A stretch of 64,000 nt of DNA, taken from assembly GCA_038087875.1 (NCBI GenBank), contig CM075996.1:8744001-8808000 (forward strand), read 5' to 3'. The stretch's first letter is position 1. Each line of letters opens with the position of its first letter. A program made the translations under genes and the position numbers. Shown here piece after piece: positions 25,040-36,449 of this stretch. Below the pieces are notes generated by a model that searched no databases, was not told the origin of the DNA, and was given only the letters and a program-made list of their open reading frames with translations. The DNA comes from Malacoraja senta (taxonomy: Eukaryota).

Positions 25040-25181
25040 CTTCTGGCTTCTTTTTTCGTGTGGCATGCACAGCCTAAAGTTGTTGGACAACTTGTTCTAT
25101 TTGATCTTCCGTTTGTGCACGTCGAGTTGATTGCATTAGTCGAAACAGGGCGGACCACATGATGGTTGCAATCTTCCACCC
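25040..25181 (-). mobile_element. Short retroposon with HDV-like ribozyme head and (GAA)-type tail; 12-bp TSD
   Basis: TSD TGTAATTACAAT at 25028-25039 and 25182-25193; homologous to 35782-35910. Confidence 0.85.
25129..25181 (-). ncRNA. HDV-like ribozyme, minimal P4, L3 mutated in this copy
   Basis: GGGTGG-AA-GATTGCA-ACC-ATCATGT-GGT-CCGCCCT-GT-TTCGA-C-TAA-TGCAATC. Confidence 0.7.
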
Positions 25182-25236
25182 TGTAATTACAATAATGAAT
25201 TTGAACTCAAAACCTTCTTCATTTTTAGCCAATTTA

Positions 25237-25766
25237 CTAGACCAAGTGGGACCCGTTGGCTCCCTGTCACACGGGAGGTCTGGTCCCCCAACGCAACCCG
25301 TTCCCCCAACGCAATATTCCCACCACTCACCCGTTGCCCCTCATCCTCCTCCTTATAAAACTTTTTTAAAAAATAGCAGCACTTGCTGCCAGGACTTAAA
25401 AAGAAATTTCCAAATCCACTTCCCCAGCACTCCCTCCCTCTCCTGTTCAGCCTCACTCTGGCAGGACTCAGTGTTTTATGATTGCAACATTGTTGCAAAT
25501 GAGATCCCATTGTGACGCCATAGCTGTAACTGCCAGCAACTGCCACAGCACTTGGTTATTGGTCTCAAAATAGGGTTTTGTAAAGCTAAAAATGTTAATA
25601 ACGTAAAATATAACATCAATCTGAACAAAACTTGTTGAAAACTCATCACAAGACAATTGCAAGGTGGTGCAAAAAAAAAAAAATAGCGCTATCGTGTATC
25701 ATTTTGCCGTAATTTCAGGATCATATGTCGCACATAGAAACAAACAAGAGTTTTAGTAATATATAA
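25237..25766 (-). mobile_element. Non-autonomous Helitron
   Basis: Minus-strand 3' end GGGAGCC-AAC-GGGTCCC hairpin then ACTTGGT-CTAG|T; 5' end tatatattactaaaac; no TSD. Confidence 0.7.
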
Positions 25767-27302
25767 TCATTGCGGTAGACACCAGGAAATGCAGATGCTG
25801 GAATCTTGTGGAGACACAAAGTGCTGATGTAACTCAGCAAGTGAGGCAGCATCTCTGGAGGACATGGATAGGCATATTTCGGGTCAGGAGATTTCTACAA
25901 CTAAAAAAAAAAGTCTCACAGAGTCTGAAGAAGTGCCCCAACCGGAAACGTTGCCACTTCATGTCTTCCAGAGATGCAGCCCGATTTGCTGAGTTACCCA
26001 GCACCTTGCATTCTAAACAAGGTACCAATCCAAGAAGGCGAGGAGGTGTGGAAAGAGCCTTCCCTCAATCCTCGAAAACTACTCAGCCAATATTAGTAAC
26101 TATGATTAACTGGTCTTTCATCTCCATGTTGTTTCGGGAACCTGGCATTGTACAACTGCATTCTACGACAAGAGAAGATGGAGTAACTCAGCGGGTCAGG
26201 CAGCATCTCTGGAGAAAGGAATTGGTGACGTTCAGGTCGAGCCCCTTCTTCAGACCATACTACATGCACCTACCCTACTACACACTACTTCTTGCATCTT
26301 ATTACAGTTCCACACTCCATGGGTGATGGAATGCACCAATCTCACATATCACCAACTTCCAGGTCACTGCAAGCGCCTTGCAGATTGTTGAAGAGTTTAA
26401 AGTTCACATTTTGGCCTCATAACCTCCAAACTGGGGATGGGTGCAAGTCATCGTTGATCCTGACGGACTGCTTAAGAAGCTGTCAGTGCAGAGCGAGAGA
26501 TGGACTGGACTGCTTTGAGCTCACAGTCTGTCCATCGTCCAGAGCTCAACCTGTAACCGAGCTTTCTGACATTTAATGGGTCAATAAGGATCCCAGTAAA
26601 CTCGCAGGCAATGAATAATTAAGTAGCTGAGCACAGGAAGCTTCATTTTCAGGCAAACAAAATGACCATTGTTTCTTCACAGCCTCAATGACTATTGGCT
26701 TCCCAATCGAACTCAGTGCCTTTGCATGCACAATGCTTTCTTTCACATGGTCCTCTCTCACCATCCTTGAGTTACACCTCTCACTGCTGCTCCAATTCAT
26801 TCAGTGTGACCAGGACACCCCGGGAAAGTCGACCCCAAACAAGAGCACAGTGTGCATGGAAATGACTCACTCACACAAGAGATTCTGACAAAAAGGGAAA
26901 GAGGAGAGATGTCTCCGAATGCAGGGCGGGCAGCAGGAGGGCAGGCACTGGCCGAGGACTGGCAGCCGCCATTTGAGAGAAGAAAATTAGTTTTCTCGGG
27001 GCGCCAGCAAAATACAAGTTAAAGCATTTACCGTAGCGTTAGATTTGAGGGCTACTAGTGAAGAAACACCGGCAGAAACAAACTTGCTTTAAACAAAAAT
27101 CTAGCAAATAAAAGATGGAAATTGCCGAGACCAGGCTGTGAAGTAAATTGTCTTTAATCCTTTTCGACCAGTTACGGAGCTTGCTAGTGCAACTGAATTG
27201 AAATCGAGCTCTTATGCCAGGTGCGTGAGTCCCCTTTAAAGCCAGCTCCACATCCCCTGTAGACGGCTGTCCATGCTACCTCACTCGTCGCTCCTTTATA
27301 GT

Positions 27303-27502
27303 NNNNNNNNNNNNNNNNNNNNNNNNNNNNNNNNNNNNNNNNNNNNNNNNNNNNNNNNNNNNNNNNNNNNNNNNNNNNNNNNNNNNNNNNNNNNNNNNNN
27401 NNNNNNNNNNNNNNNNNNNNNNNNNNNNNNNNNNNNNNNNNNNNNNNNNNNNNNNNNNNNNNNNNNNNNNNNNNNNNNNNNNNNNNNNNNNNNNNNNNNN
27501 NN
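27303..27502. other. Assembly gap (200 N)
   Basis: Run of N. Confidence 1.
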
Positions 27503-27880
27503 GTATCAGGCATACTTGCTATTCTCCTAGAAAAAGAATGGGTCTAACATATAGAAAAATCATCCTTCTACCTCTCTCAAGAATCTCTGAACACAAAAGC
27601 TTCACTCCCATGAAGCCAGGCGCTAATGTTTTGGACTCTCCCAACAGCCCAGCTCCCTCTCCTGCCCCCAACAGCACAAACACAAACAAAACTCTCTATT
27701 CTAATAGTTCTTCTCACTATCTTGAAATCTTCTTCTGTGGAATAGCTTCTGTAATATAAACTATTTTTCCTTAACAGAAGCTGTAGGGAGCTTTGAAGAG
27801 ACCTTGTAGTGCCAGCAGTCTGGAGTGGGATTTGGTGAATGAGGGGTCTTCAGTGATGAGGATCTGTGAAATCTGCTTAA

Positions 27881-28649
27881 AGGGCCTGTCCCACTTAGGC
27901 GACTTCTTAGGCGAGCGCAGGAGACTCTGCGCTCGCCACATGATCGCCACATGTTCGCTGATGGTTTCTGGTGAGTCTCCTTCATGGTCGCATGGATTTC
28001 CCGCATTCTGGGAACTAGTCGCCGCCTCAGTATGGTCGCCGCAAATTTTTCAACATGCTGAAAAATTTTCTGCGACCAAAAATTGGTCGCCATGGAGAAA
28101 ATCGATAATCCTGTAGTCATAGGTGCAGTTGTAATGGGCTCGCCATGTAGTTATGGGTAGTCGAGGTAGTCGTAGGTAGTTTTAGTTAATCGCCTTTGCT
28201 GACCGGTCATTTTCATTGGCTCATTGGGGAAAAAAAATGTAAGCATGAGTTTTCAGAACCAAGGGTAACCGACGGGTGATGTAAAATGCCTGCTAAACTT
28301 CACAGCTGTGTATCTCTGGCTTATTAAAAGTTGTCTGGCTTCTTAAAAGTGTCTCCACTCCTTTCCCCTCCCCCCCTCTTTTAAAGGACTTACCGTACAC
28401 TGTGCTAGTCTTAACCTTCTTGTTCATCGCGGTGTGTGTCTGTATCACCTTGGCTTTGCACCGTGTGAATTTCAGACAGCGCTCCCCCCCACTTGCCCTG
28501 GCCCCCGCCTTCGCGATGTGTTTGTGTGTGTGTGTGTTTGTGTTCCACTCTGACAGTCACCGTTCCAGTTCCCGGTTTTTCAGGCGAGTGCCGGCAACTT
28601 GACAGTCGCCGGCAGTCCGCTGAAAAATCGCCTAAATGGGACAGGCCCA
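27881..28649. mobile_element. PIF/Harbinger-type MITE
   Basis: AGGGCCTGTCCCACTTAGGCGA / TCGCCTAAATGGGACAGGCCCA; TAA on both sides. Confidence 0.85.
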
Positions 28650-29046
28650 TAAGACAGCCATCTGGTTGGACAATACGGTATAAATGCCGAGGAAGATAGG
28701 TTGGCGAGTTTTTATTTCTCCCACTCATTTCATAGCCTCCATAAATTGGGAACAGATTGGATACTTTAATTTAGAAAGGGCCCCTTCGAAAGAATGGGAG
28801 GCGAGCTCAATAAGAGTGATACATGACTTGCAAGTAAACAAAATGTGTAGGAAGGAACTGCAGATACTGGATTAAACCGAAGATAGACACAAAAAAGCTG
28901 GAGTAACTCAGCGGGACAGGCAGTATCTCTGGAGAGAAGGAATGGGTGACGTTTCGGGTCGAGACACTTCATCAGACTGAAAGTCACAGGAAAGGGAAAC
29001 GAGAGATATAGATGATGATGTAGAGATATAGAACAAATGAATGAAA

Positions 29047-30197
29047 GCGGAGCTTCGGAGGCTTCGGCCGCAGGCCCTGTGGACGGTAAAATCGGGAGCT
29101 CGCAGGTCCCTGAAGGGAAACCGATTTTTTGGAGCTCCCGTAACGGCAACATCGCCCGCCCCGAATCGCGGGGTTTGAATCGGCCCGTCGCAGGGCCTTA
29201 CATCGCCCGGTGCGGCTTAATCGGCCGCAGTACTTACCAACGCCCGCCGGGGGCTTTAACATCAAGAGCCTCGATCGCCTCGACGCGGGAGAAGAACAAA
29301 GAACAGGGAAGAGCTAAAGGGCCTGTCCCACTTACGTGTCCTTGGCACGCAAATTACGCGACCTCGTGGTCGCGTTGAGCCGCGACGGTCCCGAGAAGGT
29401 CGCGCGCGATTCCATGCGTACGCACAGCCGTCTGGAGCGCGAGACGTCATTTGAAGATGGACACAAAGCTGAAGTAACTCAGCGGGACCGGCAGCATCTC
29501 TGGAGAGAAGGAATGGGTGACGTTTCGTGTCGAGACTCTTCTTCAGTCTGAAAAGAAGGGTCTTGACCCGAAACGTCACCCATTGCTTCTCTCCAGAGAT
29601 GCTGCCGGTCCTGCTGAGTTACTCCTGCATTTTGTGTCCATCTTCAATTTTCTTGGCTGTAGAAGTGGGGGCGGGTCCGGACCGTAATGGCCGTGAGCCC
29701 CAGGCCGAGCTCGACGATCGTTTGCCTGCTTCTGCAGCTGTTGGAGGTGAGACGTTGCGTCGCGCCAGGGTCTTGGGCTGTTAGTTACGCCCACTTTAGC
29801 CGTCAGTTACGCGACAGGCCGTTGCCGCATGAAGATTTCGTTCACTACAAAAATTTCGGAGCCCCGTGCGATGTCGCGCACAACTACATACCCCTCCGCG
29901 TTTCTCAGTGGGACCGGCCCCGCGCGGCCATACGATGCCCGTGCGCCTCAACTCGACCACAAGGTCGCGTAATTTACATGTCAAGGACACGTAAGTGGGA
30001 CAGGCCCTTAAGACTTTTGCCTTCCATCACAGTGAGGAGGTGTTTGGAGATTCACTGTGATGGATGTTTGTGTGAAACTGTGCTAATTGTGTGATATGTT
30101 TATTTTACTGTTATGACTGCAGGGAACGAAATTTCGTTCAAACCTCTGTTTGTTTGAATGACAATAAAGGCTATTTGTATTTTGTATTTGTATTTGT
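29047..30197 (+). mobile_element. GC-rich Rex1-tailed non-autonomous element, interrupted by a MITE
   Basis: gacttttgccttccatcacagtga...tcactgtgatgga hairpin shared with 22441-23185; tail atgacaataaa plus (tatttg)n. Confidence 0.65.
29318..30008. mobile_element. PIF/Harbinger-type MITE containing a PLE palindrome (~29452-29648)
   Basis: TIR AGGGCCTGTCCCACTTACGTGTCCTTG / CAAGGACACGTAAGTGGGACAGGCCCT; TSD TAA at 29315-29317 and 30009-30011. Confidence 0.9.
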
Positions 30198-30827
30198 AGA
30201 TAAGCAAAAAAGTAACAATGATAAAGGAAACAGGCCATTGTTAGCTGTAGCTAGGTGAGAACGAAAGCTGGTGTGACTTGGGTGGGGGAGGGATGGAGAG
30301 AGAGGGAATGCAGGGGTTACTTGAAGTTAGAGAAATCAAATATTCATACCCCTGGGTTTTAAGCTGCCCATGCGAAATATGAGATGCTGTTCCTCCAAGT
30401 TGCTGCAAGTAGAAGTGTGTTCCTCGCTGTCTGGACAAGTACATCTGCGAGAGGTGCCTCCAGTTTGGCTGGCCTTAGATAGACACAAAGTACTGGAGCA
30501 ACTGAGAGGGTCAGGCAGCATCTCTGGAGAAAAAGGAATAGGTGAAGTCTCGGGTCGGGACCCTTCGACCGGCTCTAGCACTGGTTTCAGAACTTGGAGG
30601 CACGATGATGTATCGGGAACAATACCTGGAGAGCACCCTGCATTTCAATAGAAGGCAGTGAGAGTCACTACCAGGCTGAGGGGAAGAAGGCAGGCAGATA
30701 GTTAGGGAAACAGAGAGCATCTCACTCTAAAACTGATTCTCCATGTTGGAAAATGGCAAGAGTGAATACTTCTGGTGCAAGAATTTCTAGAAATTGTATG
30801 AAAATTGCACAAGTTTACAATACTTTA

Positions 30828-31128
30828 AGGATTTTTTCGGCGACTGCCGACACCCGTCATAGGTCGCCGAAAATTTTCAACAGCTTGAAAATTCAGCGGC
30901 GACCAGAAAGACGCTACGACTCTTTGGATGACTAGGAGACGACTCATGACCATACATGCGACACCCTGGTGACATGTCGCGGGGGTGAAGCCTGTATGGT
31001 CGTCAGTAGTCGTACCTTGTTCTGGTCGTCGCTGGATTTTCAACGTGTTGAAAATTTTTGGCGACATGTAATGACCGATGACGGGTGCCGGCAGTCGCCG
31101 AAAAAGTGGCGTAAGTGGGACAGGCCCT
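30828..31128. mobile_element. Harbinger-type MITE, left TIR lost
   Basis: Ends gtaagtgggacaggccct followed by TAA; internal inverted repeats. Confidence 0.7.
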
Positions 31129-31199
31129 TAAAATGTAAAAGGATGATGGGGAAATTGGGCCAACATGGTGATTAAAAGTCACATTAGAAGAGGGAGTAA

Positions 31200-31480
31200 C
31201 TAGTTTAGCTCAGTCCAGTTTAAAGATATAGCGTGGAAACAGACCCTTCGGCCCTCCGAGTCCGTGCCAACCAGTGATTACCCCGTACACTTGCACTATC
31301 CCACACACTAGGGACATTTTTACAATTTTATCTTTGGAGTGTGGGAGGAAACCGGAGCTCCTGGAAGAAACCCACACGGAGAATGTACAAACGTTTTTCA
31401 GACAGCACCCATAGTCAGGATCGAACCCGGGTCTCTGGCGCTGTATGGTAGTAATTTTACCGCTGCGCCACCACAACGCC
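31200..31480 (-). mobile_element. HE1-like V-SINE
   Basis: Reverse orientation. Confidence 0.8.
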
Positions 31481-31854
31481 CTAGATTAGGGACATTTTTT
31501 AATTGCAAGGCATAGCCAGCTGAAGCAAAAATAAACAAAGGTGTTTGTAAACCAGGCCGAGTACAGTAACATTAATTACCTTTCATTAATTTAATGAGGA
31601 GTGATGTTATCACAGCCATTTACAAAGCAAATGAGGAAATGGATGACATGCAAAAGAAGACAAGTCCTCAGCAGTCCGGCGGAGAGCGGCAACTCCCGAA
31701 GAGAGAAAACATGCAAAGACTTCGAAGGAAAGTGGGTTACTGGTGAGTTACTGTAAAAATGTAAAATTCAAATAACTAAATCGCTGCAGGTGTTATGAAG
31801 CATTGGAGTACTTTGAGCCCTCTCGCAAAGTACAGTCCCAGTAATACCGCAATA

Positions 31855-32145
31855 AGGCGGCTCGGTGGAAGAGTTACTGCCTTATAGCGCCAGAAACCCG
31901 GGTTCAATCTCGACCACGGGGGGCGGTCTGTACGGAGATTCTACGTAGGCTGTGACTGCGTGGGATTTACCGGGTGCTCTGGTTTCCTCCCACAGATCCA
32001 AAGATGTTTAGGTTTGTAGGTTAATAATTAGCTTTGGTAAAAATTGTTTCTTGTGTGTTGGATAGTGCCAGCGGACGGGGACCACTGGTTGGCACTGACT
32101 CGGTGGGCCGAAAGGCCTGTTTCCGCGCTGCATCTCTAAACTAAG
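31855..32145 (+). mobile_element. HE1-like V-SINE, diverged
   Basis: Head, V-domain and tail. Confidence 0.75.
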
Positions 32146-32159
32146 CTAGTTGAATAAAC

Positions 32160-32740
32160 TGATGAAGGGTCTCGACCCAAAACGTCACCTATTCTGTTCT
32201 TAAGAGATGCTGCCAGGCCCGCTGAGTTACTCCAGCACTTTGTGTCTACCTTCTGAATAAACTGAAGATAAGACACAAAATGCTGGAGTAACCCAGCGGG
32301 CCAGGTTGCATCTCTGGAGAGAAGGAATGGGTGACATTTCAGGTCGAGACCCTTCTTCAGACCAGTTACGGAAAAGGGAAACGAGAGATATAGACGATGA
32401 TGTAGAGGATAAAGAACAATGAATGAAAGATAAGCAAAAAAGTAACGACAAGATAGGAAACAGGCCATTGTTAGCTGTTTGTTGGGTGAAAACTAGAAGC
32501 TGGTGCAACTTGGGTGGGGGAGGGATGGAGAGAGAGGGAATGCCGGGGTTACTTGAAGTTAGAGAAATCAATATTCATACCACTGGGCTGTAAGATGCCC
32601 AAGTGAACGATGAGATGCTGTTCCCCCTATTTGTGTTTAGTCTCACTCTGACAATGGAGGAGACCTAGACAGAAAGGTCAGTGTGGGACTGGGAGGGAGA
32701 ATTAAAGTGTTTAGCAATTCTCAGGTAGGTTCTGAATAAA
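32160..32740 (-). mobile_element. Penelope-like 3' fragment with an opposed pLTR
   Basis: AKHFNSPSQSHTDLSV GIY-YIG C-terminal remnant; two hammerhead-like cores. Confidence 0.8.
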
Positions 32741-33029
32741 CTGACTGCTGCATGAGATTTGTCCAAATCTGAGCCATAAAGTGGATGAATGGGCGCCACG
32801 TGAAGGTAGATCCAGGGTCCAGGGATAACACATTGATCTGTCCCACAATTGGCGCACAGGACAACCGTCAACAATGTGACTCCAAATCTGCTGAGTCGGA
32901 TTCATTTTACCGCCCATTGTTAAAGTGGACCCATATTGTTGTCAGGTGACTACAAGTTGCTGTACCAAAAGAACAAATCGGGGGGTGAAAAGAATGCGCA
33001 GTGACTTTGGTTCACAAAAATCAGTGAGA

Positions 33030-33620
33030 GAGGTGGGTGTGTGGAGGGGTGGAGGGGAAAACCAGACGTGGAGGTGGGAGAAACCTCCACCCAGAGGTGG
33101 GGGGGGAGGAAGGGGGAACCAGACACTCAGAGGTGGGGGGAGGGGGAGTAAGAAGCACAGTGGGGGGGGGGGGTAGGGGGACCCAGAAGCAGAGGTGTGG
33201 GGGGGGGGAACCAGACACACAAAGATGGAGGGAGGAGGGGAAAGCAGACGCACAGAGGTGGAGAGGGGAGGGAAACCAGACACACAGAGGTGGGGGGGGG
33301 GAGAGAGAGGGAACCAGACGCACAGAGGGGGGAGGGGGGGAACCAGACGCACAGAGGTGCTGGGAGGAGGGGGGGAAACCAGACGCACGGAGGTGTGGGG
33401 ATGGGGGGGGGGGAAACCAGACACACGGAGGTGGGGGGGGGAGGGGGAACCAGATGCCGGAGGTGCTGGGGGGAAGGGGAACCAGACGCACAGAGGTGCT
33501 GGAGGGACGGGGAACCAGACACACAGAGGTGCTGGGGGGAGGGGGAACCAGACACACAGAGGTGCTGGGGGGAGGGGGAACCAGACGCACATAGGTGGGA
33601 GAAACCAGATGCATAGAGGT
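33030..33620 (+). repeat. G-rich minisatellite, ~30-35-bp unit ggggaaccagacgcacagaggtg(ctg)ggggg
   Basis: More than 15 imperfect units visible. Confidence 0.9.
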
Positions 33621-34949
33621 TTTATGTTAAGTTTTAGTTCAGAGATACACTATGGAAACAGGTCCTTTACCCCACCGAGTCCACGCTGACCATCGACCAT
33701 CCATTCACACTCCAGTTCTACGTTATCCCACTTTCTCATCCACCCCTTACACGCTTGTGGCAATTTTACAGAGGCCAATTAACCTGCAAAACAGTACATC
33801 TTTGGAATATGGGGGTAAACAGAGAATAGAGAATAGACAATAGACAATAGGTGCAGGAGTAGGCCATTCGGCCCTTCGAGCCAGCATCGCCATTCAATGT
33901 GATCATGGGTGATCATCCCCAATCAGTACCCCGTTCCTGCCTTCTCCCCATATCCCCTGACCGCTATCTAAACGAGGGATGGAGAGGATATTGACTGTAG
34001 AAATGTAGAAGAAACAGTTATGAATATAATAAGGGTTACGTCACTTCTAGCCATGGATGAGGATGCAAGCAACCCAGCCACCAGCCACCGTCCCAGAGGC
34101 CCGATTAAGACAGCAATAAAGATAATGGGGAGATCAGGCTACACGTACCGAATATCAGCCTTCGAGAAGCAGATGATTGTAAATTAATTGGCTGCTTTAA
34201 AGAGGAATGAAGGCAATCACACATTTTGGAACATGTTAGCAGAGCCAAAGAGGCTCACAGGTTTAACGACAATAATGTGCACTTAAAGGTGAAGGTTAAA
34301 ATGCCAGCCATGGTACGCACGACTCTGCTGCTTAATCACCGAGATAGAACACGAGTTGAACAACAGGGGCTACTAATGACCAAAGATAGACACAAAGAGC
34401 CAGAGTAACTCAGCGGGACAGGCAGCATCCCTGGACACAAGGAATGGGTGACGCTTCGGGTCGAGACCCTTCATCAGACCCAAAACGTCACCCATTCCTT
34501 TTCTCCAGAGATGCTGTCTGCCCCGCTGAGATACTGAGGTACAGAAACTTGAGATGGACACAAAAAGCTGGAGTAAGTCAGTGGGACAGGCAGCATCTCT
34601 GGAATGGGTGACGTTTTGGGTCAAGACACTTCTCCAGCTTTTTGTGTCTATCTTCGGTTTAAACCAGCATCTGCAGTTCCTTCCTACTACTAATGACCAA
34701 ACGTTTAATGGTTTTAAGAGTTGAAAAAGACAAAATGGACTCGGGAGGAGAAAAAGCGATTACTATCGACATGCCTGCGGCTGAATGTTGAGGGAAAGTT
34801 TAACATCACCAGCAAGTTGGGGAAGTACATTTGATGAGTTAAAGGTAGAGATCATGAGAAAAGGGAGAGAGATCCAGTGGGAACCGTAACAAAGTGCTGG
34901 CAGGGACCAAAAGGACATCCAGATACTCAGTCGAACAGGTTGTGGATGT

Positions 34950-35562
34950 ATAGGGAGGAACTGCAGATGCTGGTTTCCACCAAAGATAGACATAAAATGC
35001 TAGACTAACTCAACGGGACAGGCAGCATCCCTGGGGACAAGGAATGGATGACGTTTCGGGACGAGACCCTTCATCAGACTGAGAGTCAGGGGAGAGTGAG
35101 ACATAGAGAAATGGAAGGGGAAGATGTGAAAACGAGAGATCAAAGGGGACGATGATCAAGGAAAATGTAGAATGGTTCATTGTTAGCTGAGGAGAAGGTG
35201 ACAGCAAGGCATACAATCAGTAACATTGAATCAGGTCAGAGAACTAGGATGGGGGAGGGACGGAGATGGAAAGCAAGGGTTACTTGAAGTTGAAGATATC
35301 AAATGTCAACCGCTGGGGTGTAAGCTGCCCAAGCGAAATATGAGGTGTTGTTCTGTCAATTTGTGTTGGGCCTCACTCTGACAGTGGAGGAGGTCCAGGA
35401 TAGAAAGGTCAGTGTGGGAATGGGAGGGGGAGTTGAAGTGTTTAGCAACCGGGAGATTGGGTAGACCTAGGCGGACTGAGTGGAGGTGTTCAGCGAAACG
35501 ATCGCCAAGCCTGCGCTAAGCCTCGCCGATATATAGGAGACCACACCTGGAGCAGTGGATGC
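34950..35562 (-). mobile_element. Penelope-like element 3' end with GIY-YIG endonuclease remnant
   Basis: Minus strand CIHCSRCGLLYIGEA*RRLGDRFAEHL...VAKHFNSPSH...EQHLIFRLGSLHPSG, then 3'UTR and pLTR. Confidence 0.9.
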
Positions 35563-35781
35563 ATTATCAGTGCAGTGTATGGACCAGTTGTCTGGGGGGT
35601 TCATCTAAGGTGGTGTTTATTATCAGCCACCTCTCGTGCTGATCCAGTTGTTCAGGAAATGTATGGGATTTGGAGATGAACAACCACGGGGAGGTATGGG
35701 TGTTGAGAATGATGAGAGCCCGGGAGAAAGAGAACAGAAAGAGAGGTGTCAGCAATCTTCTTGCTGTGAGGTGTGAGAAAT

Positions 35782-35910
35782 CTTCTTCTTCTTCTTGTGT
35801 ATGGCGTGCACAGCCTAAAGTTGTAGGACAACTTGTTCTATTTGATCATATTTGATTGTGCATTCGTCGAAACAAGGCGGACCACGTGAAGGTTGCAATC
35901 ATCCACCCCA
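35782..35910 (-). mobile_element. Short retroposon with HDV-like ribozyme head and (GAA)n tail; 11-bp TSD
   Basis: TSD GTGTGAGAAAT at 35771-35781 and 35911-35921. Confidence 0.85.
35854..35909 (-). ncRNA. HDV/CPEB3-like self-cleaving ribozyme (minimal P4)
   Basis: GGGGTGG-AT-GATTGCA-ACC-TTCACGT-GGT-CCGCCTT-GT-TTCGA-C-GAA-TGCA(CA)ATC; G1-U wobble; predicted catalytic C at 35866. Confidence 0.8.
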
Positions 35911-36449
35911 GTGTGAGAAATGAGGAACAGCAAAAGAAAACAGGCACAGAAACTTGAGATGGACACAAAAAGCAGGCAGCATCTCTGGAATGGGTGACGT
36001 TTCAGGTCAAGACACTTCTCCAGCTTTTTGTGTCTATCTCTGGTTAAAACCAGCATCTGCAGTTCCTTCTTACAGAAACTGGAGGGCATGCATTTAAATT
36101 GATGGGGGAGGGGGGGGGGGGGCAGGTACCTTGGTAGAGAATGTAGGTCACCCTTCCACCAACCAGGATGCCTCATAATTTTAAAATGCTAATGGAGATT
36201 GGAGTATTGATGTGGGAATGATTAAATGCATATTTTTCCATGATCAATGTGTCTTTTGTGCATCAAACGCTTCACAATCTGAGCGATTTCCTTGAGAACC
36301 GCATGATTGCCTCACTCTCCATTTGGAATTGCAAATGAAATTCGTCTTTTCTTGTGGTCAACAAGTTTTAATACGAGGCGTGGCGACACTTGAGCGAGTG
36401 AGTAAAGAGCTGTTACTTGTTTATTGGAAATTACTTAAATATATATCCT

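Larger units (their letters stand above)
28845..30410 (-). mobile_element. Penelope-like 3' fragment split by nested insertions at 29047-30197
   Basis: pLTR at 28845-29046 resumes at ~30198 (gataagcaaaaaagtaac); LEEQHLIFRMGSLKPRGMNI at 30336-30400. Confidence 0.8.

Noticed and set aside
31594..31742. Resemblance of RLRRKVGYW to SLC7-family N-termini
   Set aside because: Too short, and no downstream transporter exons were found; no gene name assigned
32925..33689. Long Pro/Gly-rich ORFs in several frames, and a possible CRISPR-like array
   Set aside because: By-product of a G-rich minisatellite; no unique spacers, no cas genes, eukaryotic context
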